Shown here: positions 56,587-64,000 of the stretch, piece after piece
Numbering within the stretch: the stretch's first letter is position 1
How the letters are laid out: every line of letters begins with the position of its first letter
Sequence record: MZ475897.1
Length of the DNA: 64,000 nt
Reading direction: 5' to 3' (one strand)
Program-made: the position numbers and the translations under genes
The notes under the pieces: generated by a model
What the model saw: only the letters and a program-made list of their open reading frames with translations
What the model was told of the DNA's origin: nothing
Databases searched by the model: none

Positions 56587-57234
56587 TTAATCATATAAAA
56601 ATACACCAGCACGCAGACGCACTCTATCAATAACTCCAAACGGTCCAGCGACATTTCCATATCTGCCTATAGCCCAAGGCGTATCGCTTACTTTCGGCAT
56701 AGCCTGTACGACTTGAGCAACTTGTTGGCCATTGACAAAGATCGTGTGGGTCTTAGCTGTTGCGTCATAGACATACTTGAAAGGGACCATGCTCAAAGTC
56801 AACAGGCCGCCAAGAACACCAGACTGAGCAATTTGCTTTTCTGCCCATGAGCCGCCCGTGCTATACCAAACGCCTATGCGAATGTTAGAGCCATTCCATT
56901 GGTTCTGCATCAACAGCTCCACCTTGTCTGGGTTAGACTTTAGGTAGGACATGAATATGAACTGTGCTAACACATTCGTATCAGTCTGTGCATAGAGCAA
57001 ATCAAGCGTATATGAGGCAGTCGTATCAAACAGCAGATTACCTGCGGTCTTCACGTTACCACCACAGACAATACCTACATCAGACAGAGACAATGAAGAA
57101 GCAGCAAACTGATTGCCTACATAATCAGTGAACCCGTCTGCGGAGAAGTTGTCACGGTCAAAGGCCACCAGCTCATCGCCTGTGAACCAAGGAGGCACGT
57201 CCGCTATTTCGTATGAAACGACAGGAATATGCAT
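56587..57234 (-). CDS. LamG/concanavalin-like virion protein
   Basis: YTLDL.Y...KYVYD...IFVNGQ...IGRYG...IDRVRLRAG. Confidence 0.5.
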   Translation of the reverse strand: MHIPVVSYEIADVPPWFTGDELVAFDRDNFSADGFTDYVGNQFAASSLSLSDVGIVCGGNVKTAGNLLFDTTASYTLDLLYAQTDTNVLAQFIFMSYLKSNPDKVELLMQNQWNGSNIRIGVWYSTGGSWAEKQIAQSGVLGGLLTLSMVPFKYVYDATAKTHTIFVNGQQVAQVVQAMPKVSDTPWAIGRYGNVAGPFGVIDRVRLRAGVFLYD

Positions 57235-57235
57235 G

Positions 57236-57733
57236 TTAGAACTCCTTAGAGTCTCTGCATACAGTCGCTAAGAACTTACCGTTACGCAAGTTGTCTGAAC
57301 TAAGAATCAGGTCAGCACCCGAACCCGCAGCACCGATAGTCAAGATCAAGAAGCCACCGTAAGGCGTGCTTGCAATGCTCTTGTTGAACACAATCACGTT
57401 GTACTGAGCAAGCAACTCGGTGATTGTTCCAGCAAACGTTCCCTGAAGTGTGGCAGCAAGTTTGAATTTATATTTATTGCCTGAACCGTGAATCCAGCGA
57501 ACAGGATTGTTAGTCACAGACGTTAGGTCAAGCACAGCAGTTGCGCCAATCGCAGCCTGAACGGTAGTACCATCAGCAACTACGATGTTCGCAGGGTCAG
57601 GCACTTTCGCAAAGCAGATTGTTTTCTGCATGTTTGAAAGGCCATACTTCAACGGCGGATCAGCAGCAGGACGTTTGCCTGCGTCTGGGATAACGATGCC
57701 GTTAGCGACCAGCGGGAAAGAAATGATTTCCAT
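57236..57733 (-). CDS. virion fibre-associated protein, small paralog family
   Basis: LTIGAAGSGADLILSS. Confidence 0.5.
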   Translation of the reverse strand: MEIISFPLVANGIVIPDAGKRPAADPPLKYGLSNMQKTICFAKVPDPANIVVADGTTVQAAIGATAVLDLTSVTNNPVRWIHGSGNKYKFKLAATLQGTFAGTITELLAQYNVIVFNKSIASTPYGGFLILTIGAAGSGADLILSSDNLRNGKFLATVCRDSKEF

Positions 57734-57797
57734 TATAGTTCTCCAGTTGTTTCGCGTTTAAATTACTGACTGCATGTGGTAAGTGCGGAACACTATG

Positions 57798-58853
57798 CTA
57801 CAGCGAAACGGTTTTTGTTAGCGCAACGTCTGTGATAGTTGCTACGGATATCTGAGGGATATCGCCAGGCAGCGTAGATGTAGCGTGAGTGAAGTCCGTA
57901 CCTTCGCGCAGCACTTGCACCATACACGGATGCTGTGGGTCAAACGCTATTGGAAGCATAGCCCACGTCAGTTTGGTTGCTGGCGTATCAGCACGCGTAA
58001 CAAGAGGCACAGAATACAGACGATCTGTTTCAACAAAGTTCGTGGTGTTATTCAGCGCACCCTTTGAGTATGATGTGCTGTACGACCAACCACCTCCTGA
58101 GAAATAGCGCGTACCGTACACGTTAGTTCTCCACGAATACAGAACACGCAGGCTTCTAGCAGGCGCAGAACTCAACGTAGTCTGAGCATTGGCTATGAGC
58201 GCACTCTGACCTACAATACCAGACCGCACCGTTACGTTCGTTGCGTCAGAGTAGGTATAGGTATCCATATAGACGTTAGTGATAGAGCTGGAATCACTAG
58301 AAGACCAGTTACCTATTGTGCCTATGTTACCACTGTTAGAGTCAGACATGGGTACAGTCACACCTGTCTGCACTGCACACTTAGGGCTTAGGTTAGCTTC
58401 TGTGATTGTACTGTCAAATACAGGCAACAACATAGAAGCAGATGAAGGAATGCGCTTACCATCAATGTTCGTATTGTCCAGTAAGCTGCCTTGCATTGTA
58501 ACAACAGAACCTTCTGCAAACAAAGTACCGACGCTGTAGTAACGTCTGAATACTTCTTGAGGAGTCCAGACAACGGATTCGGCAGCTGTAGGCAACGTTG
58601 ACCCGTACGTAGGGTTATCTATCATTGTGTGATAGTATCGCATACTACGATAGCCTGCCATGCGCGTACATTGAAAGGTATCGTTTGCTACATACTGAGA
58701 GAACGAACGCGCCAAGTTAATCGTGTTCATTGCAGAGGCTGCGGTAGACTGTGCTGTTGGAGGAACTGTGTCATCCGTGAACAGAAATACCCTTCTTCTA
58801 GCTAGTGCTAGTTTCTTCTCCAACAGCTTAGCCCCACTTGAGGCAAATAACAT
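57798..58853 (-). CDS. virion fibre-like protein, MLFAS family member 1
   Basis: MLFASSG...RRRVFLFTDD. Confidence 0.5.
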   Translation of the reverse strand: MLFASSGAKLLEKKLALARRRVFLFTDDTVPPTAQSTAASAMNTINLARSFSQYVANDTFQCTRMAGYRSMRYYHTMIDNPTYGSTLPTAAESVVWTPQEVFRRYYSVGTLFAEGSVVTMQGSLLDNTNIDGKRIPSSASMLLPVFDSTITEANLSPKCAVQTGVTVPMSDSNSGNIGTIGNWSSSDSSSITNVYMDTYTYSDATNVTVRSGIVGQSALIANAQTTLSSAPARSLRVLYSWRTNVYGTRYFSGGGWSYSTSYSKGALNNTTNFVETDRLYSVPLVTRADTPATKLTWAMLPIAFDPQHPCMVQVLREGTDFTHATSTLPGDIPQISVATITDVALTKTVSL

Positions 58854-58862
58854 AAACTCTCC

Positions 58863-59897
58863 TTAGACAGAGATAACCGATGCAACCCCGGGGACAGCGA
58901 GCGTTTGGAGAAATGATACATCGGGCTCAACGTTTGTCTGTTGCTGTACGTTGTTTTTGAAGTCAGTACCTTTGCGGAAGATCTCACAGCTAATCTTCTC
59001 GCCGTTCCATATAGGACAGCCCAGCCATTCAATGTCGAATGCAGGAGTGTCAGCAGGCGCAGTTGACGCAAAGCCGATCTTAACAACAGGCTTATGTTGA
59101 AGCGGAACGTCTACGTTACCTGGTCTGGAGTACGTCCAGGTATTCACGTTATTGCCTACAAGCGTGTTATAGATATAGTTCTGCACACCGTACACAGAGG
59201 CCATACCCGCAACAGGAGCGGAACCAAACAGTCGTATGATATTACCTATCGAGGAAGAACCAAAGCTGATGTTGCCTTGAGCATATGAGTTATCCTCAGT
59301 TCCGTACGAGGCTCTTGATGCAAAGTACGTGTAGCTCCAACTGTTGTTACTACCACTGCCAGACGAGTTGTATGTGCCAGTCCTATCAGGGAAGTGACCA
59401 CCTACTCCGTAAAGAGACGCGTACTTCTTAGGAATCAGCACGGTCTTTATCGTGCCAACAACAGGCAGATGGCTAGGGTTATACGTGTCATAAGCAGAAG
59501 GTGCAGACAACGACACAGGACCTGCCAGTGGGTTAGCAAACGAATTGTCTGCATTTAGATAGCTCATCACACCGTGCTTGAGAGCGCGTTGTTGGGCAGT
59601 AAGCGTATCTGACATGCTGAATATCGGTGAGTTGTTCACAGTGCGCTCATAGGCATCATGATTCACCTCAGCAGGAAAGAAATACTGACTCGCAATGCCA
59701 CTGCATGAACACCCGAGTAGTTTGTTGTCTGCTACACTATACCCGATAGAGCGAGCTTCTACCATATTCTTTACCCATGCCACAGGGTCAGTGAGTGCAG
59801 CTTCTGGTGTTATTGAACTGTCAAACATGAAGGCACGCTTACGCGCAACAGCCATAAGCGTCTTCTGGATGTTTCCACCTGACGATGCAAAAATCAT
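58863..59897 (-). CDS. virion fibre-like protein, MLFAS family member 2
   Basis: MIFASSG...RKRAFMFDSS. Confidence 0.5.
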   Translation of the reverse strand: MIFASSGGNIQKTLMAVARKRAFMFDSSITPEAALTDPVAWVKNMVEARSIGYSVADNKLLGCSCSGIASQYFFPAEVNHDAYERTVNNSPIFSMSDTLTAQQRALKHGVMSYLNADNSFANPLAGPVSLSAPSAYDTYNPSHLPVVGTIKTVLIPKKYASLYGVGGHFPDRTGTYNSSGSGSNNSWSYTYFASRASYGTEDNSYAQGNISFGSSSIGNIIRLFGSAPVAGMASVYGVQNYIYNTLVGNNVNTWTYSRPGNVDVPLQHKPVVKIGFASTAPADTPAFDIEWLGCPIWNGEKISCEIFRKGTDFKNNVQQQTNVEPDVSFLQTLAVPGVASVISV

Positions 59898-59906
59898 ATT
59901 ATTGCC

Positions 59907-61004
59907 TCATAGCGTAATAGAGGACGGGGCATTGCACCAGTCTTTAACTGCTTGAGCAACTACCAAGTCAGCTTGTTGGGCTACTGTCGTCCCTGTCTGC
60001 TTAATATCGGCGGAATCGTCCTGTGCAATATCGAACATAGCGAGCCTGTACCCACCAACAGTCTCGTAAGCAATGGCACCAACAGTCAGCACACACGCAC
60101 CATCATCAGCCATGCCTGTTACAATGACAGAAGGAACATCGGGAATAGTCATTGCATTCTGATCTGCGTTCGGCGTTAGTCCTTCATTGAATGAGTTGTT
60201 AGTGGTACCTCCACCTATAGGGTACGTGGTGAAGCGCCGCTCCTGCATAGTGATTACCATAGCGCCCGACACCGTGTTGAATGCCTGGGGATCGAATACA
60301 TCTGCCCAATTGCCATTCCCGCCATAAGTCGTATCGTTCGGCAGCATAATATCAATATAGTTTTGCGCCTGATAAGTATTAGGTATAGGGTAGAACACAG
60401 CAGACGAATAGAACTGGTCATAGTAATAGTTAACACCAGATTGACCTGAACTACGAAACGATATTGTCGCGTTATTGAGAAACTTAGGCTGGTACTGCGT
60501 CTTATTCTTCGTACTACGCATACTGGTGACGATGCGCTGCGGATAAAGATACAAGCGAGAGGCCAGCTTTGCTTTATCGTACTGCCCAACAAGAGTAGAG
60601 CCAAGAATGTTGCTCGTCTTGTCTCCGATAGTACCCCTGGGTGCGAGATACTTCACGGTGCAATAGCGGTCAGCTTGTTGGTCTGGCGTGTTGCCGTCTG
60701 AGGAAACGTTATACATGCCATTCCATGAAGCACTATTCGACGCGTTGTTCTGGTTGAATAGCTGAATGTTTGCGCTGTGTGCAGGGTAATAGCGATTGGA
60801 CTTTACACCACTAAGCGCTGTTGATTTAAGAGCGTCTACGGTACCGCAAGTCATCGCACGACATTCAGGCACGGACTGTAATAGATACTGGCGCGCTTGT
60901 CTGATAGTGTCTTTACTGATTGTGCTGTCAAACAGATATAAGGAGGACATTGCACGAGTTCGCACAGCTTTATCTCGTACTCCTCCGACGGAAGCGAATA
61001 GCAT
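59907..61004 (-). CDS. virion fibre-like protein, MLFAS family member 3
   Basis: MLFASVG...SSLYLFDST. Confidence 0.5.
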   Translation of the reverse strand: MLFASVGGVRDKAVRTRAMSSLYLFDSTISKDTIRQARQYLLQSVPECRAMTCGTVDALKSTALSGVKSNRYYPAHSANIQLFNQNNASNSASWNGMYNVSSDGNTPDQQADRYCTVKYLAPRGTIGDKTSNILGSTLVGQYDKAKLASRLYLYPQRIVTSMRSTKNKTQYQPKFLNNATISFRSSGQSGVNYYYDQFYSSAVFYPIPNTYQAQNYIDIMLPNDTTYGGNGNWADVFDPQAFNTVSGAMVITMQERRFTTYPIGGGTTNNSFNEGLTPNADQNAMTIPDVPSVIVTGMADDGACVLTVGAIAYETVGGYRLAMFDIAQDDSADIKQTGTTVAQQADLVVAQAVKDWCNAPSSITL

Positions 61005-61011
61005 AGCTACC

Positions 61012-62067
61012 TCATAGTGTGTAGGACTTCGTTGTTACTAAGGCAGCCAACACCGCACTCGAACAAGTAAAAGCAGGCTGAGTGCCTACCGAAGTGCCTG
61101 TCGTCAGTGTTAGGTCCGAACCAATGTCCATCACCATAAGCTCGCTGGATTGTTCCGTGGCTACAGCGATAGCGCCAAAGCTCAATGCTGCATCTGGGTC
61201 ATCGGCCTGAGTAACATCAATGTAAGGCAGTTCGACGCACACCTCATTGGGTGTACCGTTTCGCCAGTTCTGACCACTGCCATAGCTCGTATACCACGTG
61301 GCGTTAGCGAACCATGTGCGCGTGTAGTTATACTGTGGGTTTATCATGTACAGACCGCCATACTCTGTACGCAGCGCACCTAAAGCAGTAGGCGTACTGT
61401 TTTCATAGTAACCAGCACCAACAGGGAAAGATACACCAGGCATCGTCCAGAATCGAGAAACACCAGAACCCAGAGAGATGAATCCAGGAGTTATGCTCTG
61501 CGTATAATCAAAGTAGTCCGTGCTCGTACCGGTACGTCCTCCCATCGTGCTCTTTGGCCGGAGTTTAACGGACTTGCCGCCAAACAAAGAAAGCCGGGAT
61601 GTAGGCAGCAGATACGTACGGCTCATGCTATCGAATGAAGTAACACCACCGTAACCAGATTGCGTACCGAGCATGTTGCCTGTAGCGACATCAAAAGCAG
61701 CTTTAGTTGCAGGCGAGGCTACCGTAACAAAACGCGCAGCATAGTTCTCAACAGTCTGACCGTCGCTTATGCCATTAGTCAGACGGAAGAACCAACCGTT
61801 GTTACTGGACACAGGACTGAACTGACCGATACGTCCTGTATGCGACAAATAAAACTTATTGTTCTTTATACCGCCTATAGCAGTAGCATCCAGAGTATTA
61901 CCTGTCATTGTGTGCGTGCAGCTACGCGCTTCATGGCACACATTCAGCAAACCTACAGGAGTGCGAACATTCTGTTTGTCTACGGACGTGTCAAACAAAA
62001 ATAGGTGCTGCATAGCGGACTTGCGAATGTTTTCCTGTATAACAGCTCCAGCAGAAACGAATAGCAT
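61012..62067 (-). CDS. virion fibre-like protein, MLFAS family member 4
   Basis: MLFVSAG...QHLFLFDTS; start moved to 62067 after AGGAG. Confidence 0.5.
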   Translation of the reverse strand: MLFVSAGAVIQENIRKSAMQHLFLFDTSVDKQNVRTPVGLLNVCHEARSCTHTMTGNTLDATAIGGIKNNKFYLSHTGRIGQFSPVSSNNGWFFRLTNGISDGQTVENYAARFVTVASPATKAAFDVATGNMLGTQSGYGGVTSFDSMSRTYLLPTSRLSLFGGKSVKLRPKSTMGGRTGTSTDYFDYTQSITPGFISLGSGVSRFWTMPGVSFPVGAGYYENSTPTALGALRTEYGGLYMINPQYNYTRTWFANATWYTSYGSGQNWRNGTPNEVCVELPYIDVTQADDPDAALSFGAIAVATEQSSELMVMDIGSDLTLTTGTSVGTQPAFTCSSAVLAALVTTKSYTL

Positions 62068-62120
62068 ACAAGCTCCTAAAACGAAAGAGGGCAGACACCT
62101 TTCGATGCCCACCCTTTAGA

Positions 62121-62702
62121 TCACACGAGCAGGCGTCCTGCGATAGTGATCGCCACACCGTTAAGCGTAGTATCAGCAGTATCAGGCGCAACGATGCGAA
62201 GCTGATCACCAGATACGAGAATGATTTCCTGATCTTGGTAAGCAGCAAGCGGAGCAAATACGCCAGATTTTGAACCAGCACCGAATGAGACGGTACCAAG
62301 CTGGATAACAGCCGCAGTTGCAGAGTCATACGCGCTGATCTTAAAAGCAGAAGCAGCGGTAGCAGCAACGTCGGCAGTAGCCAGAGAACCTGCAAAGTTT
62401 TTAGTGATAGCTGTTGTGCGCACAGAGAGGAAACGAGAAATCTCCTGGCCACCAGCGTAACGCTTGAGCACGTTCATGCCCAAGTCGTATGGGTTGTATG
62501 ATTGTAGTTGATTAACCCACTTTGCTCGCACTTGGCTATACACGTATAAGCCAGGCTGGTTAGCACCAGACACAGCAGTCAGGTTCCACACGCGGCCGTT
62601 AGTCGGGCTAGCAGGGAAAGTTGGGCCAGAAGAATTGGGATCACCTGGGGCGCGAACAATCTGAGAGTTCACACCTGCAAGCTGTAGACCGTAAGATAAC
62701 AT
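62121..62702 (-). CDS. virion structural protein
   Basis: FPASPTNGRVW motif and beta-rich C-terminus typical of phage appendage proteins. Confidence 0.5.
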   Translation of the reverse strand: MLSYGLQLAGVNSQIVRAPGDPNSSGPTFPASPTNGRVWNLTAVSGANQPGLYVYSQVRAKWVNQLQSYNPYDLGMNVLKRYAGGQEISRFLSVRTTAITKNFAGSLATADVAATAASAFKISAYDSATAAVIQLGTVSFGAGSKSGVFAPLAAYQDQEIILVSGDQLRIVAPDTADTTLNGVAITIAGRLLV

Positions 62703-62713
62703 CAGTATTCTCC

Positions 62714-62935
62714 TTAGGCGATTCGCACTTCACCAGTCACCGCGTACGGGAAGGTAATCTTAACAGTGTCCGAGTCAACGATGACTACATCCAGCGGCAG
62801 CACTTGATGTAACTTACCATCAGGTTGCATAGTGCAAGTAGTCACGGCGACAGGACGCCCGAAGTTGTGCAGAATCGTCCATTCAGAAGCAGGCGTGTCT
62901 TGCTTGAAGCTACGCCCCATCGAATAGTTGAGCAT
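62714..62935 (-). CDS. small structural protein with one W-x-I-x-H-N-x-G domain
   Basis: WTILHNFGRP.V...V...DSDTV.ITF. Confidence 0.55.
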   Translation of the reverse strand: MLNYSMGRSFKQDTPASEWTILHNFGRPVAVTTCTMQPDGKLHQVLPLDVVIVDSDTVKITFPYAVTGEVRIA

Positions 62936-62956
62936 AAGAGCCTCGCGATTGTGGCG

Positions 62957-63553
62957 TTAGTACAGGATTACAGTGCCAGACTCAGGATTGTCGAAGGTAA
63001 TCGTCAACTGGCTGGTGCTGTCATGCACGATAGACTTAGGCTGTACTTCGTTCGCACCTTGATAGATACGCACCGCAGGGTTATAACCGAGATTATGCAC
63101 AACAACCCACGTAGCCAGATTCTCATAAGATGCAGTGAATGCAACGGTAGGAGTAGGCAGACCTGACTCAACGCCAGACAACAGTACAGCAGTACCGGCC
63201 ACGGCAGAAGGGAAGAGGACAACGATGTTGTTAGCATCATCAGCGTGAATTGAAGATGGCTGCACCACGTCACCATTCTCATCGTAGCACTGTACGATAG
63301 GCGTAGCGGTATTCATCTTGTGGTTAATCTCCCAACGAGACGAGGCAGTAGGTTGCGAGTAGCGAACCATAGTCATCTGTTGAGTTAATGGAACCCAGAC
63401 AGGAACATCTTCGATAGACACGCAGAACATCAGACGCTTGTCCATGAAGATAGCCATACCAGGCTTAGGGTTAAGAGGCCAGTCAGTCGCTACGTCAAAC
63501 GCGAAGTTAGCAAGTGAGCCAAACTCTAAATCAAGAGTCCCTAGGACTTTCAT
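62957..63553 (-). CDS. structural protein with two W-x-x-x-H-N-x-G domains
   Basis: WEINHKM..P.V and WVVVHNLG..P.V repeats. Confidence 0.55.
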   Translation of the reverse strand: MKVLGTLDLEFGSLANFAFDVATDWPLNPKPGMAIFMDKRLMFCVSIEDVPVWVPLTQQMTMVRYSQPTASSRWEINHKMNTATPIVQCYDENGDVVQPSSIHADDANNIVVLFPSAVAGTAVLLSGVESGLPTPTVAFTASYENLATWVVVHNLGYNPAVRIYQGANEVQPKSIVHDSTSQLTITFDNPESGTVILY

Positions 63554-63573
63554 AAATCTTTCTCCTGAGAGGT

Positions 63574-63604
63574 AAAAGGGGCAGGCAGAAGCCCACCCCT
63601 TTTG
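63574..63604 (-). terminator. probable terminator
   Basis: AAAAGGGG...CCCCTTTT inverted repeat. Confidence 0.55.
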
Positions 63605-63616
63605 TTTGTGTCGTTA

Positions 63617-64000
63617 TTACTCAGCCGGAGTATAAGCGTTCGCACCAGTAACGAATGCGATTGCCACTTTCTTCTCGGTGGTCAGTTCAACACGCAGCGT
63701 GTTAGCGTCAACAAACACGACCTCATCAGGGATGATCTGATAGCCGGTATCATCAACGACGGTAACGGTACCGTATTTGACGCCTGCATTGTGTGCGAAG
63801 GTGTGAGTGGTATTAGCCACGTCACCGCTTGCAGTTTTGTCGTACTGGTACAGCTTAGCAGCAGAACCGCTTGAGCCAGCAGCAATCGCATCGTCAACAT
63901 ATTTCTTGCTGACAACAGACTCATCAACCAGCGCTTCGGTGCCGGTCAGAGTAAGGGCTTCGACAGCGCCGCCTTCACCAGCGATGAAACCAGCGCTTTT
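63617..64000 (-). CDS. tail-fibre-like protein, 3' part (runs off the window)
   Basis: Frame is open to the window edge: SKKYVDDAI motif then the HNAG domain. Confidence 0.6.
   Translation of the reverse strand, partial: KSAGFIAGEGGAVEALTLTGTEALVDESVVSKKYVDDAIAAGSSGSAAKLYQYDKTASGDVANTTHTFAHNAGVKYGTVTVVDDTGYQIIPDEVVFVDANTLRVELTTEKKVAIAFVTGANAYTPAE

Noticed and set aside
47792-62067. Diversity-generating retroelement or invertible segment behind fibre variation
   Set aside because: No reverse transcriptase, TR/VR pair, recombinase or long inverted repeats seen; similarity is at the protein level only
1-64000. CRISPR array or rRNA
   Set aside because: No regularly spaced direct repeats or rRNA-like sequence noticed on manual reading

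Overview
This window is a 64-kb slice of a large lytic dsDNA myophage genome at roughly 50% GC. Gene content and order resemble the RSL1/Lu11/PaBG/Y3/AD1-type 'hairy' jumbo phages, which is my inference and not a database result. The + strand (1-46.3 kb) carries a DnaB-like helicase, an intein-containing large terminase, a probable portal, a 5'-3' exonuclease, Dam, dCMP deaminase, a thymidylate synthase-family enzyme, a MazG-like protein, and macro, ASCH, DUF4326 and HD domain proteins, among many hypotheticals. The - strand (46.4-64 kb) carries a holin/spanin cassette and about 20 paralogous virion fibre-like genes. The strongest signal is a candidate DNA cytosine carboxymethylation and hypermodification pathway. 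It consists of a CmoA (Cx-SAM synthase)-glycosyltransferase-DUF1611-asparagine-synthetase-like operon (12.6-16.6 kb) and a C5 cytosine methyltransferase homologue (32.3-34.5 kb). In that enzyme the motif X Asn is replaced by Arg and an intein sits directly before the catalytic Cys. Other notable items are a free-standing peptide resembling the NrdA C-terminal redox tail, a lipoprotein spanin with a C-terminal hydrophobic tail, a displaced fibre paralog, a frameshifted Toprim gene and two recurring promoter-like motifs. I saw no tRNA, rRNA or CRISPR array. All calls come from reading motifs by eye; no searches were run.
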